The notes below the pieces were generated by a model that saw only the letters and a program-made list of their open reading frames with translations, was not told the origin of the DNA and did no database searches. Positions 37,964-46,466 of a stretch of DNA of 64,000 bases are shown here, in pieces. Numbering within the stretch: position 1 is the first letter of the stretch; every line of letters starts with the position of its first letter. The stretch comes from a candidate division WOR-3 bacterium (lineage in GTDB: Bacteria > Hydrothermota > Tepidihabitantia > Tepidihabitantales > Tepidihabitantaceae), in contig CBFGIT010000002.1 of the NCBI GenBank assembly GCA_965648905.1, positions 1 to 64,000 of the forward strand. The letters are read 5' to 3'. A program made the position numbers and the translations under genes.

Positions 37964-39377
37964 AACGCTGGGGCAAGAGGCCGCTTGCGCGTGGGAAGAC
38001 GATAAAGTAGCTGCCGGATTTCAAGTCCGTTAGAGCCCACTTGAGCTGACCAGGCTCAGCCGTAATGTCTGCCACCTGACGTCCGGTTGCGTCATACACG
38101 CAGACCCGACCGGCGCGAGCAGCCTCGGGCAGTCTCAGCAGCACCGTGTCGCGCGAGACGTTCTGGCGCGTGCCATACCCTCCAACCAGAGGACGCGTTT
38201 CGGTCCGGCGGTTGACCCGATCCCAGAAATCGAGATAGGCGTTGAGGACCATGCTGCAGGCGCGGTCTGTGACCTGCCGTGCCTGGTCCGCAGACGGGCC
38301 GGTCCTGCCCCATTCTGCCTCGGCGCTGTCCACCAGCAAGAACAGGACTGATTCGGTCAAGGCGAAACTATCGTACATGTCCTTCAACCGGTAGGTATTG
38401 ACAGCGGACGGGAACTCGTCGGACGAGTGAACGTACTCATGCAGTCTCAACGCCTCGTCACAAAGCAGGGCTGTTCCATCTCCGCTCAGCAGTCCGTGCA
38501 CCGGCCCGGCCTGAACCCAGAGCGGAACCGGCAGACTGACCTCAGCCGGCCCGAGCATCACCCACATCATGCCCGTGGAAGGAAGGTCGCCGGGTCGGGG
38601 CCCAACCATGATCTCCACTGAACGGGTCGTGACCCGACAAAGCGAACTCTCGGTTGGCAGGAATCCCCGTGGCAGTCCGCCCAGTATACTGTCGAAAGGG
38701 AGCGGATAAGGGTTGAAGTTGAATGCACCGAGGTCGCGGGCAAGAACTTGGACAACGAACCGCGTGTTAATCCGACGTTCGCGGGCAGCCGGCAACGCAA
38801 GTTCCATTGCCCGCAGGTAGCGGGCCCGACCGGTCTGTCGGCTCGGGTTGCCCGACATTGAGTAGTTGGCGCGGATGAGAAAATCGAAGCTGTCCTCGGT
38901 CGTGTTGTGACGGACGTAGAAGAGATTGCTTGCCTCAAAGATTGCCGCTGCGCCGGTGGCGTCGAACACACCATAGTTAGCCGGGGTCTGGCGGCCAACG
39001 ACGTTGAGCGAATCGAGCAGTTGGGCGAAGTCATCAAGCGTGGCACAAGTTGCCAGTGCGAGGTTCATCACCGTGCCGTCATCATCATCGATGTTGAAGG
39101 AGTTTGAGTTCATGATGGCGAACCCGGTTTCATTGATTCCAGCCCAGGCGTTGAGCGTGTCGCCGGCATAGACATTGGTGACGTACCGGAACCGGCTGCC
39201 GACCAGAAAGCGCATTGCCTGATTCGGATTCGTCACGTCGCGATTCTTCCAGAGAATCGGCCGACCATCAGACGTCGAGCCCGGACCGAAAGCACCGATG
39301 GTGCAGGCGGCGGAGAGCGAGGGCAGAAGGCAGAATGCAGAAGTCAGAAGGCAGAATACCGACCGGCAAGACATCAC
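37947..39377 (-). CDS. Secreted Ntn-hydrolase (C45/isopenicillin-N acyltransferase-like) with C-terminal sorting domain
   Basis: Signal then N-terminal nucleophile CTI...DGRPILWKNRD, AGINETG, ANYGVFD; CTD VYDATGRQV...SGSYFIV. Confidence 0.82.
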   Translation of the reverse strand: MMSCRSVFCLLTSAFCLLPSLSAACTIGAFGPGSTSDGRPILWKNRDVTNPNQAMRFLVGSRFRYVTNVYAGDTLNAWAGINETGFAIMNSNSFNIDDDDGTVMNLALATCATLDDFAQLLDSLNVVGRQTPANYGVFDATGAAAIFEASNLFYVRHNTTEDSFDFLIRANYSMSGNPSRQTGRARYLRAMELALPAARERRINTRFVVQVLARDLGAFNFNPYPLPFDSILGGLPRGFLPTESSLCRVTTRSVEIMVGPRPGDLPSTGMMWVMLGPAEVSLPVPLWVQAGPVHGLLSGDGTALLCDEALRLHEYVHSSDEFPSAVNTYRLKDMYDSFALTESVLFLLVDSAEAEWGRTGPSADQARQVTDRACSMVLNAYLDFWDRVNRRTETRPLVGGYGTRQNVSRDTVLLRLPEAARAGRVCVYDATGRQVADITAEPGQLKWALTDLKSGSYFIVFPRASGLLPQRFTYCR

Positions 39378-40423
39378 TGTGTTTTTCTCACTTCGGCGAC
39401 AAGCGCACGGACGAGTTCTTTTTCGGGGCAGGTGCGAACAACTTTGCCTCTGGCGAAGACGAGACCCTTGCCCGCGCCGCAGGCGATACCGTAGTCCGCC
39501 TCGCGCGCCTCGCCCGGACCATTGACCGCGCAGCCCATGACTGCGACTCTTACTGGCCGGTCAACACCGGCAAGCGCACGCTTGACCGCCTTGGTCAGTC
39601 TTATGACGTGCGCCCGTGTCCGGCCGCAGGTCGGACAGGAGTAGACCACCGGGCCGCGCTGTCGCAGACCGAGCGCGGCGAGCAGTTCCCAGGCGGCGGT
39701 GACCTCATGCACAGGGTTGCCGGTGAGCGAGATTCGAATGGTGTCGCCGATTCCCTCACTGAGCAGGACCGCCAGCGCCGCAGTTGAACGGATCGCACCC
39801 TCAAACGGCAACCCGGCTTCTGTGAGGCCGAGATGCAGCGGGTAACGGAAGCGGCGGGCCATCTGCCGATAGACGGCAACTGTATCTGGAACACTCGTGG
39901 TCTTGGCTGAGAGCACGATGTTCTCAAACCCGAGCTGTCCAAACGGTCCGAGGCTCAGTTCGAGGCTCTCCATCATCGCGGCAACAGTCGGGTGCTGATG
40001 TTTCCTGAGCACGGCCTTCTCGATTGAACCGGCGTTGACCCCGACGCGAATGGCAACGTTGCGGTCCTGAGCCGCTCGGATGACTTCCTTCACTCTGGCG
40101 GTTGAGCCAATGTTGCCGGGGTTGATTCTTACCTTGTCGAACCCGGCCTTGATGGCAGCAAGAGCCAGCCGGTAGTCAAAGTGGATATCAGCAACGAGCG
40201 GCAGGGTGACGCGAGCCCGGATTTCCGGCAGAGCGGCGGCCGCGGCCTGGTCCGGCACCGCAACGCGCACCAGTTCGCAACCCGCGCGTCCCAAGGTTCG
40301 AATCTGACGCACAGTCGCCCGGACGTCGTCGGTCCGGGTCTTGGTCATGGACTGGACCACGACCGGTGCGCCTCCGCCGATGCGCAGAGCGCCAACTCTT
40401 ACTGGTCGGGTCATCACTGTCAC
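39374..40423 (-). CDS. ispG: HMBPP synthase
   Basis: VQSMT, PLVADIHF, RINPGNIG, GVNAGS, LHLGLTEAG, SCPTCGR, AVMGCAVNGPGEA. Confidence 0.97.
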   Translation of the reverse strand: MTVMTRPVRVGALRIGGGAPVVVQSMTKTRTDDVRATVRQIRTLGRAGCELVRVAVPDQAAAAALPEIRARVTLPLVADIHFDYRLALAAIKAGFDKVRINPGNIGSTARVKEVIRAAQDRNVAIRVGVNAGSIEKAVLRKHQHPTVAAMMESLELSLGPFGQLGFENIVLSAKTTSVPDTVAVYRQMARRFRYPLHLGLTEAGLPFEGAIRSTAALAVLLSEGIGDTIRISLTGNPVHEVTAAWELLAALGLRQRGPVVYSCPTCGRTRAHVIRLTKAVKRALAGVDRPVRVAVMGCAVNGPGEAREADYGIACGAGKGLVFARGKVVRTCPEKELVRALVAEVRKTQ

Positions 40424-41686
40424 CTAGACCGCGACCCGCTCAATTCGTGCTCCGAGTGCAGCCAGCTTCTGCTCCAGTCTTTCGTAGCCCCGGTCGAGAT
40501 GGTAGATGCGCAGAATCTCAGACTGCCCCCGCGCCGCAAGCGCAGCGAGCACGAGCGCCGCCGAGGCCCGCAGGTCTGAGGCCATCACCTGGGCTGAAGA
40601 GAGACGTTCGACGCCCTGAATGACCGCCATGTTGCCGTTGATGTCGATGCGCGCTCCCATGCGGTTAAGTTCAAGGGCATGGAGGAATCTGGACTCGAAG
40701 ATGTTCTCGGTTACGACGCTCGTGCCCTGGCCAATCGAGAGCAGGGCGGTGAACTGAGCCTGCAGGTCGGTCGGGAAACCCGGGTAGGGAGTGGTGCTGA
40801 TGTTCACTGCAGCGGGCCGGTTCTCGGCCGCGACCAGCAGCTTGTTGCGGCCGGGTTCGACTCTGACCCCGGCCAGTCGCAGCTTGTCCACAACCGCTTT
40901 CATGTTCTCAGGGCGGCAGTTCACGACCTCGACCCGTCCGCGGGTGATGGCCGCGGCCACAGCCAAGGTGCCGGCCTCGACGCGGTCCGGAATCGGCCGG
41001 TATGCCACTCCCTTGAGAGACTTCACGCCCTGGACGCGCAATGTCGGCGTGCCGGCCCCATCGACCTTCGCACCCATGCAGTTCAGAAAGCGGGCCAAGT
41101 CAACGACCTCCGGTTCGCACGCGGCGCCTTCGATGACGGTCTCGCCGCGTGCCAGAGTTGCTGCCATCATCGTGTTGGCGGTCGCGCCGACGCTCGGGCC
41201 GTTCGGCCCCTCGAGCAGCACCGTGCCACCACGCAATGGCCGACCCCGGGCGTGGATATAGCCGTGCTCGATCCGGACGCGGGCACCCAGCGCCTCAATC
41301 CCCTTCAGGTGCAGGTCAACCGGACGTACGCCGATCGCGCAGCCGCCGGGCAATGATACCCTGGCCTCGCCGAATCGGGCGAGCAGCGGTCCGAGTACGT
41401 AGTAGCCCGCGCGCATCTTGCGGACGATGTCATACGGAGCTTCTATCTTCAGCGGGCCGGCAGCGGCAATAGTCACGGTTCGGCTCTGTCTGGTGACCGA
41501 GACGCCCATCGAAGTCAACAGCCGAACCATCGTGTTTACGTCTTCGAGCAAGGGGACCTGGCGAATGGTGCAGGGCTCGTCGGTCAGCAGGGCTGCGGCC
41601 ATAATCGGCAGTACCGAGTTCTTGGCGCTGGCAACGGCTACCCTGCCCTGCAGGGGCGGCCCGCCGCGTACCAGCAGTCTGTCCAT
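40424..41686 (-). CDS. murA: UDP-N-acetylglucosamine 1-carboxyvinyltransferase
   Basis: AKNSVLP, LPGGCAIGVRPVDLH, SVGAT, PGFPTDLQ, DLRASAAL, HLDRGYE. Confidence 0.97.
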   Translation of the reverse strand: MDRLLVRGGPPLQGRVAVASAKNSVLPIMAAALLTDEPCTIRQVPLLEDVNTMVRLLTSMGVSVTRQSRTVTIAAAGPLKIEAPYDIVRKMRAGYYVLGPLLARFGEARVSLPGGCAIGVRPVDLHLKGIEALGARVRIEHGYIHARGRPLRGGTVLLEGPNGPSVGATANTMMAATLARGETVIEGAACEPEVVDLARFLNCMGAKVDGAGTPTLRVQGVKSLKGVAYRPIPDRVEAGTLAVAAAITRGRVEVVNCRPENMKAVVDKLRLAGVRVEPGRNKLLVAAENRPAAVNISTTPYPGFPTDLQAQFTALLSIGQGTSVVTENIFESRFLHALELNRMGARIDINGNMAVIQGVERLSSAQVMASDLRASAALVLAALAARGQSEILRIYHLDRGYERLEQKLAALGARIERVAV

Positions 41687-41767
41687 AGCAGGCTATATTC
41701 TCGGTGCCGGACGGCCAGAGTCAAGAACAGACCCCGGTCGATGGTCTGAAGCCGTCTCTCTCTCTGC

Positions 41768-41795
41768 TTGACAAGTCACTGCTTGCGTCTATATT
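41768..41795 (+). promoter_or_regulatory. Sigma70-type promoter
   Basis: TTGACA-16 bp-TATATT upstream of the secreted protein at 41889. Confidence 0.6.
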
Positions 41796-41888
41796 GAACA
41801 TGTCGACTTGGGGCTTCGGCCGACTTCAGTCGGCACCTCGGTCGACCAGGCGATTTCCTGATACTGTGAATTGTCCAAAGGAGGACTA

Positions 41889-43709
41889 ATGTTCGTAGCA
41901 GTACTGACCATCGCCCTCGTGGCCGCCGCACCGGTAAGCCCGGTTCAGCCGGGTTCGGCGCCGGTGCTGTTCGGCGGCGGCGGACCCGATGCCTACGGCT
42001 ACCGGTATCTCGATTCTGATACCGTCTGCCCGGGTGCGCCGACCTACACGTGGGTGGATATCAAAGGCACCGGTACGCGGATTACCGGACTCGGTGACGA
42101 CAATGTCGTCGGGCCGTTCGGCCTAGGCTTCGAGTTCCCGTACTACTGGTACCGCGTCAGTTCGGTATTCGTCGGTTCAAATGGCTACATGTGTTTCGGC
42201 GACCGGGGCCTGAACGCCTCGCCGTTTCCAGCGGTGCCCAGCCCGGCAGGCACGAACAACACCGTGGCCATCCTGATGAGCGACCTTGACCCGAGCTCGG
42301 GCGGCTCGCCGACCGGCTCGGTCTGGTACTGGACCAACGCTGCGGCCGATACGTTCATTCTGGAGTACGACTCGATTCGATTCTGGAGCACGGGCGGCAA
42401 CAATTCGTTCCAGATCATCCTGTCCAAGCCTGATTCCTCGATAACGTTCCAGTACAAAGAGCAGTCGGGCATGCCCTATCAAGGCTGGTCGCCGACGAAC
42501 AATCAGACCGGGATTGAGAACGTCTCCGGCGCGGTCGGGCTGAACTACCTGTCGGGCACGGTTCCACCCGGCAACATGTACCACGCCGAACTCGCGGTTC
42601 GCTTCTACCCGCCCGAATCAACCAACTACCAGGTACATGACGTCGGTGTGCGCAACGCCATGAACGACCGCTCCGGCGGGATGTTCTGCGTGAACAACCG
42701 ACCGCTCCACATGTGGGCCGTGGTCAAGAACTTCGGCAACCAGGCGGAGCCCGAGTTCAAGACCTACTTCAAGGTCAAACGTCCGACCGGCGCGGTGCTG
42801 TTCACCGATTCGGTCGCAGTGCGGGCGCTTGCGCCGGGCGAGGTCGATTCGCTGGTGCCGGCCAACACCTGGACACCAAGCAGCACCGGTCCCTTTGTCG
42901 TCGAGGTGGCAACGCTGCTTACCGGTGACATGATGCGGCGCAACGACTCGGCCCGGGTCGAATGCCGGGTCGTGACGATTCCGGCGACACTCGGCTACGA
43001 CGGCGGTACGCCCAACAGCTACATGTCCTGGAACGGGCCGGGCGGATTCGGCAACCGCTTTGAACCACCGGTCTATCCGTGCAGCGTGATGAGCTATCGG
43101 ATCTACTCGCAGGCGACTTCGTCGACCGAGGCGCTGCTCTGTCTGTTCGACGACAACGGACCGGGCGGCTCGCCGGGCGACACCCTCCACTCCGGCACAA
43201 TCACCGTGACCGCGCCCCAGTGGTATACGGTCACCCCGCCGTCACCGATTGTCATCAACGACGGGGCGTTCTTCGTCGGCGCGATGTCGGCGATCTCCAG
43301 CGCACCGTCGTTCGGCATGGACTCCATCCTGCCGCTTTCTTTCCAGGGATGGGAGTACACGGGCGTGTGGGCGCCGAGCCGCGACGCGGCGGCACGCGAT
43401 GTCGTTGCCAATGCTATCGTCCAGGGCCCGGTCGGACTGATGGAACTGGCACCAGTGCCCGCGCCGGTGCCGGTACGGATTGACGTGAGTCCGAACCCGT
43501 TCGGCACGAGTGCGCGGGTGCGGCTTCTGAATCCGCGCGGGACCGAGCAGAGCATCGAGCTGTTCGACGCTGCGGGTAATGCCCTGCATACGGTCGAGCT
43601 CGTGCGCGGCACGGCCCGGCTCGACCGTCGCGGCCTGGCCGATGGCGTCTACTTCGTCCGTGTCGCTGGAGCCGAATCTCCGGTCGCGAAGGTCGTCATC
43701 GCCCAGTAG
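41889..43709 (+). CDS. Secreted protein (GGPD-type N-terminal domain, CARDB-like Ig) with T9SS-like CTD
   Basis: GGAGG RBS; GGPDAYGYRYLDSD, GDDNVVGPF.LGFEFPYY, VSPNPF...LFDAAG...GVYFVR. Confidence 0.85.
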   Translation: MFVAVLTIALVAAAPVSPVQPGSAPVLFGGGGPDAYGYRYLDSDTVCPGAPTYTWVDIKGTGTRITGLGDDNVVGPFGLGFEFPYYWYRVSSVFVGSNGYMCFGDRGLNASPFPAVPSPAGTNNTVAILMSDLDPSSGGSPTGSVWYWTNAAADTFILEYDSIRFWSTGGNNSFQIILSKPDSSITFQYKEQSGMPYQGWSPTNNQTGIENVSGAVGLNYLSGTVPPGNMYHAELAVRFYPPESTNYQVHDVGVRNAMNDRSGGMFCVNNRPLHMWAVVKNFGNQAEPEFKTYFKVKRPTGAVLFTDSVAVRALAPGEVDSLVPANTWTPSSTGPFVVEVATLLTGDMMRRNDSARVECRVVTIPATLGYDGGTPNSYMSWNGPGGFGNRFEPPVYPCSVMSYRIYSQATSSTEALLCLFDDNGPGGSPGDTLHSGTITVTAPQWYTVTPPSPIVINDGAFFVGAMSAISSAPSFGMDSILPLSFQGWEYTGVWAPSRDAAARDVVANAIVQGPVGLMELAPVPAPVPVRIDVSPNPFGTSARVRLLNPRGTEQSIELFDAAGNALHTVELVRGTARLDRRGLADGVYFVRVAGAESPVAKVVIAQ

Positions 43710-43718
43710 CATCGATTG

Positions 43719-43743
43719 CGGACACGATACCGGATCGTGTCCG
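43719..43743. repeat. Short copy of the GGACACGAT palindrome family
   Basis: CGGACACGAT-ACCGG-ATCGTGTCCG. Confidence 0.65.
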
Positions 43744-43749
43744 ACGAGT

Positions 43750-43779
43750 CGGCGGCGGGGAGGTGACTCCCCGCCGCTG
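43750..43779 (+). terminator. GC-rich hairpin after the CTD gene
   Basis: CGGCGGCGGGGAG-GTGA-CTCCCCGCCGCTG; no U-tract. Confidence 0.45.
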
Positions 43780-44037
43780 GCGTTATGACCACCCAGAACT
43801 AACCGGCCTTATACCCGAACCGATCACCCTCTGTCAGGGTTCGAGAATTGTGAATGCCTTAGTCAGGCATTGTCGGCAGTCGGCACTTCGTCGTAACACG
43901 ATTCTTTGCAATACGTTATGGGGCTGGTCTGAGTCCGCGGCGAAGTCGACCAGGGATGTGACCGTCGGACTTGATTTCGCGTCTCAGTGGAGTAATTTTG
44001 AGTTCGCCTGTTTTGGTACTAACCCGGTGGAGGACCG

Positions 44038-44361
44038 TTGGAATTCCAGGTATTTGCGAAAGAAGGCTGCGAACTTTGCCGTAAGGCGCGCAGTGTCCTG
44101 GAGCACGTCGGTGTCGAACCACAGGTCCGCTACGTGGACGGACCGAACGCGACTCCGGAAGACCTGGCAGATTTTGCCTGGTATGACTGGACCGACAAGC
44201 CACCGCTCGTGGTGGCGACCGAATCTGGCCGGATGCTGGGACGATGGGACGGCCGCGACATCCAAGACGCGTGGCTGCCTCACCTGCGCCAGTGGCTGGC
44301 GGGACACGACGCATTTGGAACGCGCGGTGGAACCGGCTGCGGACAGACACCGGTTGAGTAG
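44038..44361 (+). CDS. Glutaredoxin/thioredoxin-like small protein
   Basis: GGAGG RBS; VFAKEGCELC (CxxC), PPLVV. Confidence 0.7.
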   Translation: MEFQVFAKEGCELCRKARSVLEHVGVEPQVRYVDGPNATPEDLADFAWYDWTDKPPLVVATESGRMLGRWDGRDIQDAWLPHLRQWLAGHDAFGTRGGTGCGQTPVE

Positions 44362-44376
44362 GCCAGGAGGAACTCA

Positions 44377-44544
44377 ATGGGAGACAAGCAGGAACAAGGC
44401 AATCTGGATCCGGTGTGCGGCATGACCGTGACCGAGGAGAACGCGGCGTGCAGCTACCAGTACCAGGGTCGGACCTTCTACTTCTGTGCCCAGAGCTGTC
44501 TTGATGAGTTCGTTGCCAACCCGGACCGGTATCTCGGGAAGTAG
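44377..44544 (+). CDS. YHS domain protein (55 aa, not in the ORF track)
   Basis: AGGAGG RBS; DPVCGMTV...YQGRTFYFCAQSCLDEFVANPDRY. Confidence 0.9.
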   Translation: MGDKQEQGNLDPVCGMTVTEENAACSYQYQGRTFYFCAQSCLDEFVANPDRYLGK

Positions 44545-44558
44545 CTGGCAGTAGTTCT

Positions 44559-44594
44559 GCCGGAGGCGGCCTTGGTGCCGCCTCCGGCTTCTTT
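44559..44594 (+). terminator. Intrinsic terminator
   Basis: GCCGGAGGCGGC-CTTGGT-GCCGCCTCCGGC followed by TTCTTT. Confidence 0.75.
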
Positions 44595-44719
44595 GCATCG
44601 CGACTCAAGGGGCTGACGCGTTGTTGCCGTCGCGCCTGAGCCGCGTTTTCCGTTGAGCCCGGGCAGCGACCTGCCCGGATCGGGTCGGCCAGGGGCTCAG
44701 GACCGCTCGGGCGTTTCGC

Positions 44720-44747
44720 TTGACAGGAGCGAACTTGTGGTCAAAAT
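44720..44747 (+). promoter_or_regulatory. Sigma70-type promoter for the SWIB gene
   Basis: TTGACA-16 bp-CAAAAT. Confidence 0.5.
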
Positions 44748-44829
44748 GAAGCAGCGACAGTCGTTAAGCTATCGCTAAGAGGTCGATGGTAAACCAAACG
44801 CCCTAACACAGGGCAGAAAGGACCTGCGT

Positions 44830-45111
44830 ATGCCTAGAGGTGCAGCCCTGATGAACAGGACTGTCAAGCTCACCGCGGAGATGATGCCGGTGTTCGGTCC
44901 GGGCAAGACTGTCAAGGTCAGCGACCTTAACAAGAAGCTCTGGGCCCACATCAAGAAGGCAAAGCTCATGAGCGGCGAGGGCCCGTTGATGAAGCGGACG
45001 ATTGCTGTCTCGCCCCAGCTCAAGCCGATCTTCGGTGCGAAGAAGGCCGTGAAGCCGGGTGAGATGAACAAGCTTCTCTGGGTCTACATCAAGAAGAACA
45101 ATCTCTTCTAG
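44830..45111 (+). CDS. SWIB/MDM2-domain small basic protein
   Basis: KKLWAHIKK / KLLWVYIKKNNL, QLKPIFGAKK; Lys-rich, 93 aa. Confidence 0.82.
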   Translation: MPRGAALMNRTVKLTAEMMPVFGPGKTVKVSDLNKKLWAHIKKAKLMSGEGPLMKRTIAVSPQLKPIFGAKKAVKPGEMNKLLWVYIKKNNLF

Positions 45112-45161
45112 CAGTCACCTGCGTCGTGCCGGACGCACGTCGGGCATGACGGGAATCGAGC

Positions 45162-45186
45162 AGGGGGCGGCCTTCGGTCGCCCCCT
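45162..45186. terminator. Hairpin between convergent genes
   Basis: AGGGGGCGGCC-TTC-GGTCGCCCCCT. Confidence 0.5.
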
Positions 45187-45227
45187 CGCTACGCAGGGCA
45201 CAAGGGTTACGACCGCCGGGTCAAAGG

Positions 45228-46466
45228 TCAAGGACTCGCGGAGTCGGGCAGACCTTCGAGGAAATCCTGGCGACAGGCGAGCGAATACGGCAGCAGGAAC
45301 CGGAGCGTGGTGAAGAAGCCGACCCTTCGCGGCCGGCGGAGTACGCGGTCCAGAATCGCCTCAACCGCGAAGAACCTATTCTTCAGACTGCCTGGGTCGA
45401 GCTTCTGAACCATGGGACTGTAGGTCACCCGAGCCAATCGGTCGCCGTCCGGGCCGGATTCGATGAACCGGGTGGTGAGGAAGTCGAGGTCGATGCGGCA
45501 CAGGACCCGGGCGAGCGCCTCGAAGTCGGTGCCGGGCTTGAGCCAGATTGTGGCGCGCGCGCCGACCAGCATCTTGTTTGACTGAAGGAACTTCACCCGC
45601 CGGTACAGCCATCGGACAACCCGGTCGTCGTGGACGGCTCGTTCGAGGCGACCCAGCAGGAACGTGTCGTTGAGCATCACCACCCTGGTTCCGGCCTTGG
45701 CAAGCACGCGCACGAGTTCCGGGTACTCAAACAACCGCACGGATGCGTTCACCGTCCAGTAGCGGCGGTAGTTCCAGACCGCGCGGAAGACCTCACGGTA
45801 GTACTCCGGGAACCGGGCGACGTCGTCGTCGAGCAGACGGATATGTTTGCCCGGAATCGAGATGACTTCACCGACCGCTTCTTCGGGTGTGCGGATGTTG
45901 AGTTCGGGCCCGTAGTACATGAAGTCGAGACACAACGACCGGGTTGCCGGCGGGCAGCAGCAGCCCTGGATGAAGCTGATGCTGTCGGAATCGGCCGCGA
46001 GCTTCGGATTCAGTTCAGGTCCGCGCCTCGGCACCACGTAGCTCGGCCGCCGCGGGGCGACGTAGTGCCTTTGGATGACACCGGCCCGAGCATCTCGGAC
46101 GATGTCGGTCCAAACGGCCGCAGCGTTGCCGGTAACCCAGTGTCCCACCCAGTCGGGTGGTGATGACCAGCTTGTCGGTTCGGGTCCAAAGAAGACAAGC
46201 GGCAGATTGGGGTAGCGCAAGGCAACCGCACGGGCCGAGCTGACAAGCCCCATGCCGACATGACACATCACCAGGTCCTCAAACCCGTTCGCATCTAGGG
46301 TGTCGACGCGCTCGTCGAGGTAGCGGAACTCGTCTGCCTGGTCAGCCAGCGCCGCCAGCCGGCAGATCTCAAGGTTCGGCCGTAGCAGCAGGCGTGCCCC
46401 TTTGGGCGGGTAGCCCGGGACTAGTCGCCGGGCCTCGTCCGCCAGGGCCAGCGCGAGGATTCTCAC
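45228..46466 (-). CDS. B12-binding/radical-SAM-like protein with a non-canonical Cys motif
   Basis: LAAL...DERV, VFFGPEPT, VTGNA..VW..I..D, QGCCC...C, R.PEE...EV, LLDDD; GTG at 46466 overlaps the rseP stop. Confidence 0.65.
   Translation of the reverse strand: MRILALALADEARRLVPGYPPKGARLLLRPNLEICRLAALADQADEFRYLDERVDTLDANGFEDLVMCHVGMGLVSSARAVALRYPNLPLVFFGPEPTSWSSPPDWVGHWVTGNAAAVWTDIVRDARAGVIQRHYVAPRRPSYVVPRRGPELNPKLAADSDSISFIQGCCCPPATRSLCLDFMYYGPELNIRTPEEAVGEVISIPGKHIRLLDDDVARFPEYYREVFRAVWNYRRYWTVNASVRLFEYPELVRVLAKAGTRVVMLNDTFLLGRLERAVHDDRVVRWLYRRVKFLQSNKMLVGARATIWLKPGTDFEALARVLCRIDLDFLTTRFIESGPDGDRLARVTYSPMVQKLDPGSLKNRFFAVEAILDRVLRRPRRVGFFTTLRFLLPYSLACRQDFLEGLPDSASP

Noticed and set aside
44779..44829. 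Fluoride riboswitch
   Set aside because: CAAAC-GCCC...GGGC resembles it, but the pseudoknot pairing and the conserved UGAUG...CUAC are missing, and the downstream gene is unrelated
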